Shown piece after piece: positions 9,628 through 18,951 of a stretch of DNA of 64,000 bases. Position 1 is the stretch's first letter; each line of letters starts with the position of its first letter. The translations under genes were made by a program, and so were the position numbers. The notes below the pieces were generated by a model that worked only from the letters and a program-made list of their open reading frames with translations, did not search any database and had not been told where the DNA came from. This stretch comes from a virus, in the IMG/VR virus record IMGVR_UViG_3300032246_002821, positions 96,001 through 160,000 of that record; one strand, given 5' to 3'.

Positions 9628-10230
9628 TTAGCCCCAGGTTTTTACTGGTAGACTCCAGTGATTAGCAAGTGCCTGTTTGACACTGCAATCATAAGATTCT
9701 AAGAACATCCTGGGACGTTCTGGAGTGGTCTTGGTGAAGTGACATTCGAATGTCACACGAGCCTGTTCATTTGCTGGATTACGTGCAAAAACTGTCACTT
9801 CTGATTCAGGTAGCTGGTCTGTCTCTACCAATCTGGCTTCTGCTTTTTTCAGCTTATAACCTTCAGCTGCCATCTGTTCGTGTACACTGTTGCTCTTGGC
9901 GATATTGCGTACGAAGTCGGCAGTGATACCAGCTGCTTCCATAGGAGGCTGATGCATGAATTTCTTGTGTACTTTTTCTGACCCGCGATGGAATTCCAAC
10001 ACGAATTCTGCCATTTTTTGAGTGTTGCCTTCGCTCAAAAACTGCATCTGATCCATATATTTCCAAGCGTTTTCATCCAACAATACAGTCACGCTGTCTT
10101 GTGTATGTTCTACCACAGTGCTGGCGATAAGATGTATCTTGTTGATCTCAAAGTTTACAACATCACCAGTCACTGGTGCTACGCTAGCTCTGTAAGTTTG
10201 GTTAAAGTAATCTTTGAAACTCATCGTCAT
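9628..10230 (-). CDS. Hypothetical protein of the late operon
   Basis: 200-aa ORF tightly packed in the operon; starts MTMSFKDYFNQ. Confidence 0.65.
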   Translation of the reverse strand: MTMSFKDYFNQTYRASVAPVTGDVVNFEINKIHLIASTVVEHTQDSVTVLLDENAWKYMDQMQFLSEGNTQKMAEFVLEFHRGSEKVHKKFMHQPPMEAAGITADFVRNIAKSNSVHEQMAAEGYKLKKAEARLVETDQLPESEVTVFARNPANEQARVTFECHFTKTTPERPRMFLESYDCSVKQALANHWSLPVKTWG

Positions 10231-10233
10231 TCC

Positions 10234-10803
10234 TCAATCAAATGTCACTGCTACGTGTACTGGGTTATCACCACCGGCCACTTTAGGAGCAGTGAGTTTG
10301 CTTTTAGCCAAGTCATTGCCATTGGGCACAGCAGCACTGATGCCTTTCTCATATTCGTGTGGACTATTGCTGTATGGTCTATCATCGCTTGCCTCGGCAG
10401 CTACAACAGTTTCTTCATCTGGCATTCCACCTGGACTGGGCATCGCACCAGGAATGTCACCAGGAGGTGTCATTGGCAATCCAGCACCAGGTGCAGCTAT
10501 AGTTGGTTTACTGACAGGATGTGGGATGCCCATATGGTGACCAACATCCATTGGCACACCAGGCGCTGCTGCAAGGGCCATATTGTCTTGTGGACCGGCA
10601 TTGAAGTCTATGACTTCTTCTGCATTTATCATACCAGCCAATTTAAGGATCTGAGCAAGCACAGCATCGCTACCAGTTGTTGTAACCTGCACGCCTTCTG
10701 ACACTGGACCATTCATACGCTGTAAGCTGTCTATAGCACGGCCTGCTTCTGGGTTATTATCTGCTATCTCTCGCAGTTTTTTCATTACATCAATCATTTG
10801 CAT
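10234..10803 (-). CDS. Hypothetical virion-associated protein (Pro/Gly-rich)
   Basis: Tightly packed in the late operon; carries the LAQILKLAGM motif. Confidence 0.65.
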   Translation of the reverse strand: MQMIDVMKKLREIADNNPEAGRAIDSLQRMNGPVSEGVQVTTTGSDAVLAQILKLAGMINAEEVIDFNAGPQDNMALAAAPGVPMDVGHHMGIPHPVSKPTIAAPGAGLPMTPPGDIPGAMPSPGGMPDEETVVAAEASDDRPYSNSPHEYEKGISAAVPNGNDLAKSKLTAPKVAGGDNPVHVAVTFD

Positions 10804-11369
10804 TATTTGGATCTCCGTGCCATCAGCGGCGGCAATTTGTTCTTCTTTGTTCCCACTGGGCTGGTGTTGCCTTGTGGTAGATCATTGCTTGTTTTGGCTG
10901 CTTTGGTTTTAGGCGCAGCAAAGGGATGATCTATGGTTTTTTCTTTAAGGGCATTGGCCAGATCTGCAAGTAATTGTGGTGCTTTGCTAGCTGGGTACTC
11001 GCTGGTAAGCACAGGCTGCTCGTTAGGTACTATGGGAGCAGCTAAAACTTCCTGTTGTGGTGTCAGCACAAGTATGTGGCTGAGTGGTATCTCAGTTGCT
11101 TCGTGTACTGCTGCCTGTACTTCTGCAGGAGTGCAGGGATAATTCACCACGATGTCCACGATACTGATGGGAGTATTTCTCAAATGTGCAAAGCCAGGTT
11201 GTACTTCTGCGATAGGAAGTGTCTTGGGTTCACTGATAGCTTCCATATTCCATTTGGCAAGGGTGCGTTTTAGAGCTTCCATATGGTCGCTGTCTACATC
11301 GGTAGCGAATTTTACACGGAATCCGTATTTCTTTTCGCTTTCAAATAGATAATCTTTATAGGTCTTCAT
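10803..11369 (-). CDS. Putative internal head protein
   Basis: MKTYKDYLFE closely matches the T4 capsid-targeting sequence MKTYQEFIAE; ATAAATA upstream (11388-11394). Confidence 0.6.
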   Translation of the reverse strand: MKTYKDYLFESEKKYGFRVKFATDVDSDHMEALKRTLAKWNMEAISEPKTLPIAEVQPGFAHLRNTPISIVDIVVNYPCTPAEVQAAVHEATEIPLSHILVLTPQQEVLAAPIVPNEQPVLTSEYPASKAPQLLADLANALKEKTIDHPFAAPKTKAAKTSNDLPQGNTSPVGTKKNKLPPLMARRSK

Positions 11370-11390
11370 TGCAATGCCTCTATCCGATAT

Positions 11391-11858
11391 TTATTGTTTC
11401 TTGCCAAAAGTTTTAAGAAGCTCGTTGCGATCGAATACTTGAGCAGATATTTCCATGGGTTCATCGTTACCAGGTGCTGATGCTTTTTTCATAGCCAGGC
11501 TTTCTGCTCTTAGTGCCAGTTCTTGTTGTTTGAGTTTCTTTTGCACTTTGCCCAGCTTGGCTGTGACAGCGTGGCCCAACATCTTGCTGGCAGCATCGAA
11601 TATGGGCGCCGAAAATCTGGCTTCCACATTCATACCCAGGCTTTGCAAGTTCTCGAAACTCTCCATTGCCTGATCTGCCAGGCTGTCCAGTTCTTTATCC
11701 ATTGTATCATCTGGCTGCTCAGGCATACTATGGTCTATGGCTATGGCTGTCTGCAATGCCTCGCTTACTTCTCTGGAAGGTGCTGGCGGCAGATCGAATA
11801 AGGCTTCTAACTTTTGTGTCATATCGTAGTTATCGTTTCTTTTTCTTGGTGTTGGCAA
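11391..11858 (-). CDS. Helical protein, candidate terminase small subunit
   Basis: Size, helical/coiled-coil character and position next to the gp4-like gene; no diagnostic motif. Confidence 0.35.
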   Translation of the reverse strand: MPTPRKRNDNYDMTQKLEALFDLPPAPSREVSEALQTAIAIDHSMPEQPDDTMDKELDSLADQAMESFENLQSLGMNVEARFSAPIFDAASKMLGHAVTAKLGKVQKKLKQQELALRAESLAMKKASAPGNDEPMEISAQVFDRNELLKTFGKKQ

Positions 11859-12270
11859 ACATATCGTGCTCTGTTATCACACGAAAATTGATCTGATTTT
11901 GTTTACACCAGGCATTAGCTGCTGCCCATTTGGCCTGATTGGTCACAGCCATGAGTTGGTTGTGGGCACTCCTACCTGCTGCTTCCATAGTGGTTTCTTT
12001 ACTGGGTTTTATTTCCACAAGTTCTGCACGACGATTGCCTTTGGCATCCTGATACACCACGAAAAAATCAGGTATATAATTGGTGTTCCTGCCTTTTATA
12101 GGGTTATAATATGGTATGCTTATACTTTCACTGGCCCAGTGTATGATACTGGGATGGTTATCGCAAAAGCTCATAAATGCCAATTCCCAACTGCTGCGAT
12201 ATTTTATGGCGCCTTTTCCAGCATATTTGTTGAGATTTTTAGGAGTGAAGATTCCCTGGCTGTATCTCAT
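11830..12270 (-). CDS. Head completion nuclease (T4 gp4 / TnsA N-terminal-like)
   Basis: YRSSWELAFMSFCDNHPSIIHWASESISIPY...YIPDF...LVEIKP. Confidence 0.9.
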   Translation of the reverse strand: MRYSQGIFTPKNLNKYAGKGAIKYRSSWELAFMSFCDNHPSIIHWASESISIPYYNPIKGRNTNYIPDFFVVYQDAKGNRRAELVEIKPSKETTMEAAGRSAHNQLMAVTNQAKWAAANAWCKQNQINFRVITEHDMFANTKKKKR

Positions 12271-12626
12271 GCTACTATGTTTCTTTTAGCGAACGCACTG
12301 GTGCTTTGGTTCAATTGATAACCCAGCTTGCTAGTGCTGCCTTTGGTTGCATTGAAAAACGCTATCAGCAGTTGTTTAAGGTCGCTGCTATCAGCTGCTT
12401 TGCCAAAATCCGCTATAACGTCTAGTGGATTGAGATTATTGTTATATGTGAGCGTCAGTACTGCTTGGCTGAGGCTACTGGCTGCCCCGGGATCGCGCAT
12501 TTTAGTCAGGAAAAAATTATATACCTGCTGATATACCATTTCGCTGATCTGTATGGGCTGTGTGAAGTAACCATTGAAAAAAGTTTGTGTATTGGTACTT
12601 TCCACATTATTAGCTACATTAGACAA
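12267..12626 (-). CDS. Hypothetical protein
   Basis: Likely TTG start at 12626 after a GGAG Shine-Dalgarno, overlapping the upstream stop; the ORF track extends it to 12704. Confidence 0.6.
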   Translation of the reverse strand: MSNVANNVESTNTQTFFNGYFTQPIQISEMVYQQVYNFFLTKMRDPGAASSLSQAVLTLTYNNNLNPLDVIADFGKAADSSDLKQLLIAFFNATKGSTSKLGYQLNQSTSAFAKRNIVA

Positions 12627-14142
12627 TTTGAGTATCTCCACTTGTTTTATTGTAGTTAATATAATCTTGGGCCAATGGTAATAAATCGGTATCAGGAGCC
12701 ACATTCAATTGGCTCAGATGGCTGGCAGCTATGTTGATGTCATTATCGCTGTAACCCTGTTGGGCTAGCCTGGATTGCCAAGTGTTGCTTTCATAAGTGG
12801 CATTTACCTGATTGCCAGGTTCGCTGAAGTTGATGTTGGCTGGTATGTTTTCCGGTTGGCCATAATTAACTTTACCCAAGTTAAGCTGAGCCATGTTATC
12901 TGGATTATCGATATAACTCTGAGCTATGGCTAATTTATTGGTTTGCAGGTTGTCACTGTTTACCAAACCGCTGTTAGATATGGTATCGTTAGATAAAGTG
13001 TTTATATATTGATCTGCGCTGTTGATCTGGTTTTGTGTATATCCACGATCCAGCAGGCTCTGCTGATAGCTGCCATCTTGGTATACTGTGTTGTTTTGCA
13101 GAGGAGTAGCCACAGTTTCACCATTGCTCGTGGCAGGAACGGCTTGCACATTGTCAGGATTAGCAGCATTCAGGCTGTTGATGGGTATGCTGGCATCTGC
13201 CACAGGAAAATTATACAAGTTATTTGTGTTGTTGTTTCGTGTGTTTTGCACGATGCTCTGGATCTCAGGTATACTGAAATTGTTCGTGCTAGTGGGATTA
13301 TATCTGTAGGCCTGATTCTGTTGGTTGTAGAAATAATTGCTGCTTTGTCGGTTTATGTAGCGATTCCTGAATTGGTCTGTGGCAGGCACATACTGTCCTA
13401 TGGTATTATCGAACACGCTGCCCACCAGAGATCCGGTGAGATCACTGAGAGTGGGATCATAGAATTGGGGATTACCAAATCCTGGTGTACCCACAGCGTA
13501 ACCATCTTCATAGGTCACACCGTTATAATGTATAGTTACAGTTGCTTCCATTATGCCTTGACCAGCTTCGTAATCATGAGTATCGTGAGCGAAACTGGTT
13601 ATCACAGGATTCATCAGACTGATCTTGCTACTGGTACCATTGACTAGACTGTAAATTTCTATACAACTGAAGAAGGGATCGGTGCTACCATTGTCCAGAC
13701 CCCAATTTGGTGTGATCTTAGCCTGATATCTATCATCAAAATTATATTCGTTAAGCGTGTATGTGCCGTCTGCCACGTAATAGTTGTAGTAATCTTCCCA
13801 CAAACCACGCACATTGTTGGCACCATCGTCGTGGAATCTTATGGAGATGGGATCATATTTTATCTTGGTTTGTACATAACCTTTGCGATTATACTGATTG
13901 ATATCTCGAACTTCGAATGTGAATTTAGGAAGTTCTATGTTCTTAACCAGGTATGCCACGGTTCTTGTGTCAGCGTAGCTGGGCGCATTGGAACTCAGTA
14001 CAAAATTTACTTGGAAAAGATACTTGCTTTTGGGGCTTAATTCAAAATTGTTTGTGCGAAAGACATCGGCGGCGTGCGAATAATCATGCAGCCTGCCGCC
14101 GTTGCCTAACCCCTGCCATAAAAACTTGCCTAACGCACTCAT
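12619..14142 (-). CDS. Tail tube-like / baseplate tube-initiator protein (gp19/gp48/gp54 fold) with long N/Q-rich C-terminus
   Basis: LVKNIELPKFTFE...NQYNRK...KIKYDPISIRFHDD; adjacent to the tail tube gene. Confidence 0.7.
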   Translation of the reverse strand: MSALGKFLWQGLGNGGRLHDYSHAADVFRTNNFELSPKSKYLFQVNFVLSSNAPSYADTRTVAYLVKNIELPKFTFEVRDINQYNRKGYVQTKIKYDPISIRFHDDGANNVRGLWEDYYNYYVADGTYTLNEYNFDDRYQAKITPNWGLDNGSTDPFFSCIEIYSLVNGTSSKISLMNPVITSFAHDTHDYEAGQGIMEATVTIHYNGVTYEDGYAVGTPGFGNPQFYDPTLSDLTGSLVGSVFDNTIGQYVPATDQFRNRYINRQSSNYFYNQQNQAYRYNPTSTNNFSIPEIQSIVQNTRNNNTNNLYNFPVADASIPINSLNAANPDNVQAVPATSNGETVATPLQNNTVYQDGSYQQSLLDRGYTQNQINSADQYINTLSNDTISNSGLVNSDNLQTNKLAIAQSYIDNPDNMAQLNLGKVNYGQPENIPANINFSEPGNQVNATYESNTWQSRLAQQGYSDNDINIAASHLSQLNVAPDTDLLPLAQDYINYNKTSGDTQIV

Positions 14143-14153
14143 AATATTAACCT

Positions 14154-14777
14154 TTAACCGGTAATACTTGCGCCAGAAGTCCTTGTAACTGCCTTACCAA
14201 CACCAGTTCCGCCTGGCACTTGTAGAGCATTGTCATATCTGATAGTCAAACTAATTGTAGCGGGATCGTTACTGGTATAATCGAAGTTGTTGTAATTCAC
14301 TTCGCTTAAGAAACAACCATACATTTCCCAAGTTTCCAGGACGTTCGGTGAATTTGCACCATTGCCGCCATCCAGAGCTTCGAATCGGGTAAGGAATTTG
14401 TAATCGATACCTGAAACAGCACTGGCTTGTTCTGCAAAATCAAATTGTTTCTGTAACTGTTCACCTACAAGCAATCTTACGTTACCGTTGATATCGTCAC
14501 GTAGTTCTACTGTAACTGTCTGCCATTCTGGTTTGCCTGCCAGATACATTCTGCTGTTGTACAGCTGGATTTCTATCGGGCTAAACTGTAAATTTGGTCT
14601 GGTGAAAGTCATAACCTGTTTGGTAAGTTCAGTACGTGGACTTGTGACACCGAAGTTCTCAAAATTCACTCTGAAACGATACTTTAACAGGGGCATCAAC
14701 AGAGCCTGGCTGTTGGCGCTCTGATCGCTGCTTGACGCCACCGGCACTGTCATATTAAGTAATGATGCAACTGCCAT
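14154..14777 (-). CDS. Tail tube protein (T4 gp19-like)
   Basis: KYRFRVNF...GKPEWQTVTVELRDD...WEMYGCF...ISLTIRYDNA; follows the sheath gene. Confidence 0.88.
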   Translation of the reverse strand: MAVASLLNMTVPVASSSDQSANSQALLMPLLKYRFRVNFENFGVTSPRTELTKQVMTFTRPNLQFSPIEIQLYNSRMYLAGKPEWQTVTVELRDDINGNVRLLVGEQLQKQFDFAEQASAVSGIDYKFLTRFEALDGGNGANSPNVLETWEMYGCFLSEVNYNNFDYTSNDPATISLTIRYDNALQVPGGTGVGKAVTRTSGASITG

Positions 14778-14795
14778 TCTAATCTCCTATACAAT

Positions 14796-14803
14796 TATTT
14801 ATA
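14796..14803 (-). promoter_or_regulatory. T4-type late promoter TATAAATA
   Basis: Exact T4 gp55 consensus upstream of the tail tube gene. [AC]TAAATA also precedes genes at 5561, 7142, 11388, 18278, 19712, 41557, 49504 (minus) and 30475, 38000, 46804, 51150, 60827 (plus). Confidence 0.75.
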
Positions 14804-14838
14804 TAAGATCAAGGAGTTTTTTTCAGCCCCAGTCAGAG

Positions 14839-14872
14839 AAAAGCCGCTGTTTCCAGCGGCTTTATTTTTTTA
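14839..14872 (-). terminator. Intrinsic terminator after the tail sheath gene
   Basis: AAGCCGCTG-TTTC-CAGCGGCTT hairpin flanked by A and T runs right after the stop. Confidence 0.8.
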
Positions 14873-14874
14873 TT

Positions 14875-17800
14875 TTAAGCGCCTAAACCTACACTTGGCG
14901 TTGTATTGCTCAATCCACCTTGGTTGGGATTGGTACCAGCAATAGCCCCTGTGTTCAGGATACGCACCGGTACGTAGATAAATTCCACAGCCTTGGTTGG
15001 TTCGATAGCGATATCGATGTGCAATTCATTACGGTCGATGGTTGATGGTGTGTTGTTTGTGGTATCGCACACAACCAAGTAATCATAGATACCGCGTTGT
15101 GCCACCACATCATTCAACAATCCTTCGATAGCCTGCTTGGCTTCGTTACGAGTGATGGTATCATTGGGTTCGAACACCAGAGGCTTAACCAGACGTTCCA
15201 GATTGTAACGCAGGTAGTTGATCAAACGTGCCACATTGATACGATCCAACGCTGTGGCAGTCGCCTGGCGTGTATGGTTACCATAGTTCAGGATACCTTC
15301 TGTCGGGAACACTGCCACTGGATTCACGTTGTTTTCGTAAAGCAGATCACGTAGTCCCTGGTTGGTACCGATGCTGACAAACTTGCCTGAGGCACGATCC
15401 ACATATCCGATCTTGCTGACGTTGTCGATCTTACCACGAATCGTTCCAGCTGGTGCGAACCAAGGATGGCTGTTCTGGTCTGATTTAACGATCATACGCA
15501 GGATAGCGTGTGTGATTGGCACAACAACTTGTCCTACTCCATCCAATGCATTGGTATAAGCAGCACCTGGGTAGAATGTACCCACGAAACTGTCATTTAT
15601 GCTCAGTCCTTCTTCATTTGTGTTGGCCACTGAAGCAGTGTTCATCACATAATTGCTGACACTTGTTAAATCGTTGCTCAGGCCCATCGGGCTGTCTGCA
15701 AGGATGAATGCTGTATTGCGTCTGTCATTGTTCAATGTCACTAGGTTATGTGTCAACTCAGGATAACCTGGGCAAACCATAAGATTGAAATGACGTTGAT
15801 CTTCTCTGGCCATATCATTCAAATCGACCGCTTCAGCCAATTTGCTTACAACAACATTACGCACAGCCTTACGACCAAAGTATGGAACACTATTCTGGTC
15901 TTTGCCGCTCAAACTCTGCCAAGTGCTTGTGTAATCCGGCAGGGTGTTGAGTGGGTAGCTGGTGCTGTTGAATTTATCTGCAACATAAGTTTTAACGTTG
16001 AAGCTGCTGCGGCGTGTGTTGAACAACAGTGTACCACGAGGATAGATCTGAGGATTAGGTGCATCCAGATCCACGTGATCGCTTGTCAACAGACTAACGA
16101 TAGTGGGTTTGGTTCCCAGCGCAGGATCTACCATACCTCCAGCGATTGTGCTGGCGATGTCCCAACGAGCATCTGCAAACACTATACCATTTTCACTAGT
16201 GTGATCAGTGTTGTCTATTGCTACCCACTGATCTGTGCCGCTCACACGCTGCCAACGATAGATCATTGGATAGTTTTCCAAATCGCTAGTGTCCACCCAA
16301 ATGTCGCCGTAAACCAATGCAGTGCCATCGCTTTGTTTTGTTGGCGCACTCGCTTGGATGAATGGTCCCAGAGGATCGGTATTGGACAAGTTATAACCGC
16401 GGCTGTCGCTGGTCACATTGTGATAACCTTTCCAGATCGTACCATTGCTGACCATGATGTCCACTTCCAGCGGACTATTGTAATACCAGATGGTGCCATC
16501 TGGAGGTGCAATCACTGGTGCTGTGCTTTGCTGATATAGATCACTTGCATCTGCCCATAAACTCGCTGCTATCTTATTGGATCCAGCATCTATCATATAA
16601 GGTGTTGTGCTACTCGCACCATTCACACCAGCAACAGTGAATCCTGCTGTGGCTAGCGGAGTGTTAGTACCATCAGTGAATCTTATCTGACCACCAGTTG
16701 TATGTGTGAACACTATGTGACCTGTGCTGTCCAAACTGCAAGTCAAATATGGGATATTTTTAGCCAACACATCTGTGACAAAACTGCTTGCTGTTGTGCT
16801 GCTTAGTGTAACAGTCACGCCAGCGGTATAAGAGTTTGAACCAGGATTGGTCATTTCTATGGTAAATGTGCTGCTGGCTGTGAATGTGGGATTGGCTGTG
16901 GAACCAGTGACACTAGTGATGCCAGTACCAATCCTTTGGAACACTTTGAATGTGGCAGTAGATGCCACGTTTACATCATACATTATGTATAGTGTATCTT
17001 GGGCAATACCCAGACCACCTAGACTTGGATCCAACTGGTAGAGTGCTTCGCGAGGACCTGAGTAGATCGGAGTCGGAATCAATACCCACTGGCTAGTGGC
17101 ACTGTTCCAACGATATACTGGAATGCTCGCGCCATTATTGACAGCAGTCGTTTTGATCCAAACGCTGCCGCTGGGAGCAACCGTACCACCATCTGTGCTT
17201 TTCCATAATGGCACATTATAGTGATTGGCAAAAGTGAACTGTGCTGCATAATATGTGCCCGGACCGGTCCAACCACCAGCTGGATTGGTGCCAGCTGTGT
17301 AACTACCAAAGATAGCAGTCAGTGGTGTGTTGCTGCTGTTAGCGATAGCAACCTTTCCATCCACAGTGCTACCATTACTCCTAGCAAGGCTTGTGGCAAA
17401 AATGTAAAAATAACCGTTGACATAAGCAGCGGTAACACCAGGAATCGCGGCATTGTTGATCTGAGTCGCAACATTGCTTGCACTACCAGTGCTTGCAACA
17501 GTAATAGTAGTACCATTGATGGTAAATGCGTCGTTAGCTGTGACGTTTGTGCTTTGAACGTTACTGCGGAATGCAGGTGTTTTGGCCTGCCAGGCAGTGC
17601 TGCCTACCAGGTTCCAGCTGTTGTCATATGCTTTCTGATAGATGGGATTCTTAACGTCAGTGCTTACCACAGCGAATTGGCCCACAGTACCTACAGTGGT
17701 CTTGGGCACAGTTTGTCCGCTGACAAGGTCACTTGTGCTAGTGATAGTGATAGGTGCCTGTAAATTGAATGTAGGATTCGGTGTTGAACTGAAATCCTGG

Positions 17801-18249
17801 CTGAAAGTGAAGATACCCCAATTGGCAAGAGCAGTGTCCAACCATTGAGTACCACCATCAGGACTGCCATATGGGCGGCTGCTGCTGCCAGTAAGCTGAG
17901 CCATATCGATATCAGCACGTAGGATGTATGCTTGGTTGGTGATACCCAACACGCTGTGTGCTGCCATCAGGCCATATTCAGCAGTTTCACTACCAAATAG
18001 TCTGTTACCACTCGCATCCGTTGGGAAAATAGGTAATCCATAATTGCTCAATAGTTCTTTTTGGCTCGCTACCAGCTGCAATGTGTTGGCTGTAGCTGAT
18101 GTAGTATAGCTAGCTATACCACCTGCGGTGCTTGTTTTGTTCTGTGCTGTAGCTAGCAAGATAAAGGGTACTGTACCGGGACCGGTCGGAGCATAATTGC
18201 TCTGGTCAATCACTGTAACTGATACGCCTGGTGATACTAAAGTTGCCAT
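14875..18249 (-). CDS. Contractile tail sheath protein (T4 gp18-like)
   Basis: MATLVSPGVSVTVID N-terminus; PWFAPAG...RG, LYENNVNP, DRINVARL, VFEPND...TR, PTKAVEFIY C-terminal motifs. Confidence 0.97.
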   Translation of the reverse strand: MATLVSPGVSVTVIDQSNYAPTGPGTVPFILLATAQNKTSTAGGIASYTTSATANTLQLVASQKELLSNYGLPIFPTDASGNRLFGSETAEYGLMAAHSVLGITNQAYILRADIDMAQLTGSSSRPYGSPDGGTQWLDTALANWGIFTFSQDFSSTPNPTFNLQAPITITSTSDLVSGQTVPKTTVGTVGQFAVVSTDVKNPIYQKAYDNSWNLVGSTAWQAKTPAFRSNVQSTNVTANDAFTINGTTITVASTGSASNVATQINNAAIPGVTAAYVNGYFYIFATSLARSNGSTVDGKVAIANSSNTPLTAIFGSYTAGTNPAGGWTGPGTYYAAQFTFANHYNVPLWKSTDGGTVAPSGSVWIKTTAVNNGASIPVYRWNSATSQWVLIPTPIYSGPREALYQLDPSLGGLGIAQDTLYIMYDVNVASTATFKVFQRIGTGITSVTGSTANPTFTASSTFTIEMTNPGSNSYTAGVTVTLSSTTASSFVTDVLAKNIPYLTCSLDSTGHIVFTHTTGGQIRFTDGTNTPLATAGFTVAGVNGASSTTPYMIDAGSNKIAASLWADASDLYQQSTAPVIAPPDGTIWYYNSPLEVDIMVSNGTIWKGYHNVTSDSRGYNLSNTDPLGPFIQASAPTKQSDGTALVYGDIWVDTSDLENYPMIYRWQRVSGTDQWVAIDNTDHTSENGIVFADARWDIASTIAGGMVDPALGTKPTIVSLLTSDHVDLDAPNPQIYPRGTLLFNTRRSSFNVKTYVADKFNSTSYPLNTLPDYTSTWQSLSGKDQNSVPYFGRKAVRNVVVSKLAEAVDLNDMAREDQRHFNLMVCPGYPELTHNLVTLNNDRRNTAFILADSPMGLSNDLTSVSNYVMNTASVANTNEEGLSINDSFVGTFYPGAAYTNALDGVGQVVVPITHAILRMIVKSDQNSHPWFAPAGTIRGKIDNVSKIGYVDRASGKFVSIGTNQGLRDLLYENNVNPVAVFPTEGILNYGNHTRQATATALDRINVARLINYLRYNLERLVKPLVFEPNDTITRNEAKQAIEGLLNDVVAQRGIYDYLVVCDTTNNTPSTIDRNELHIDIAIEPTKAVEFIYVPVRILNTGAIAGTNPNQGGLSNTTPSVGLGA

Positions 18250-18330
18250 CTGGTAATTCCTCTGTAGGTGTTACCAGTATTTAGTGATCTGCCATAAAAC
18301 CAGCGTGTTATCGCAAGTTATAATAGTATA

Positions 18331-18915
18331 TTATAGTTTATCAGCGACCGATTTTTGTAGGTCTTGCAGTGTGCCATTGTTGAAGATTGTATGATCGAAA
18401 TCAGATTTGGCCCAGGCATATTCGCTGGAATGTATGTGTTCTGGTATTATGCTGTGTGATTTGTATTTTAAAAACCATTCCGAATCTTCACCGCGTTTGA
18501 CACACCAGACTTCACCATCCATCCGCTTGATCATATCCACTTCATTCACGAATCTGCAATCAGGTATCACGTAGTTTTTACCAGTGTCACTGAGTTTTCT
18601 CTCCATACTGGCTATCCAGATGTCTTTATGGAAACCATCGCGACATACTTCTGTGCCCCATAATTGCAATATCAACCTGGGAGTTAGATCATTAATATTC
18701 AATCGGTTGGCCCACCAGGGATCCACCTGTTCACGAAATTCTCGGCTGAGATCTGTATCGCCTTCCAGCAGGTATCTGGGCCAGCCGAACACGGATGATA
18801 CCGCATCTTTCAAACTGTCTGCAAAACTTAATTTAATAAAACCGTGTTTGTGTTGCAATATATCTGCAACTGTTCCTTTACCGGAACCAATGAATCCACA
18901 TACGCCTATAATCAT
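18331..18915 (-). CDS. Deoxynucleoside monophosphate kinase (T4 gp1-like)
   Basis: IIGVCGFIGSGKGT, SFADSLK, TPRLILQLWGTE, IPDCRFVNE, HSSE. Confidence 0.92.
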   Translation of the reverse strand: MIIGVCGFIGSGKGTVADILQHKHGFIKLSFADSLKDAVSSVFGWPRYLLEGDTDLSREFREQVDPWWANRLNINDLTPRLILQLWGTEVCRDGFHKDIWIASMERKLSDTGKNYVIPDCRFVNEVDMIKRMDGEVWCVKRGEDSEWFLKYKSHSIIPEHIHSSEYAWAKSDFDHTIFNNGTLQDLQKSVADKL

Positions 18916-18951
18916 AAGCGTAATTATACAGATTTAAATTTACAAGTCAAA

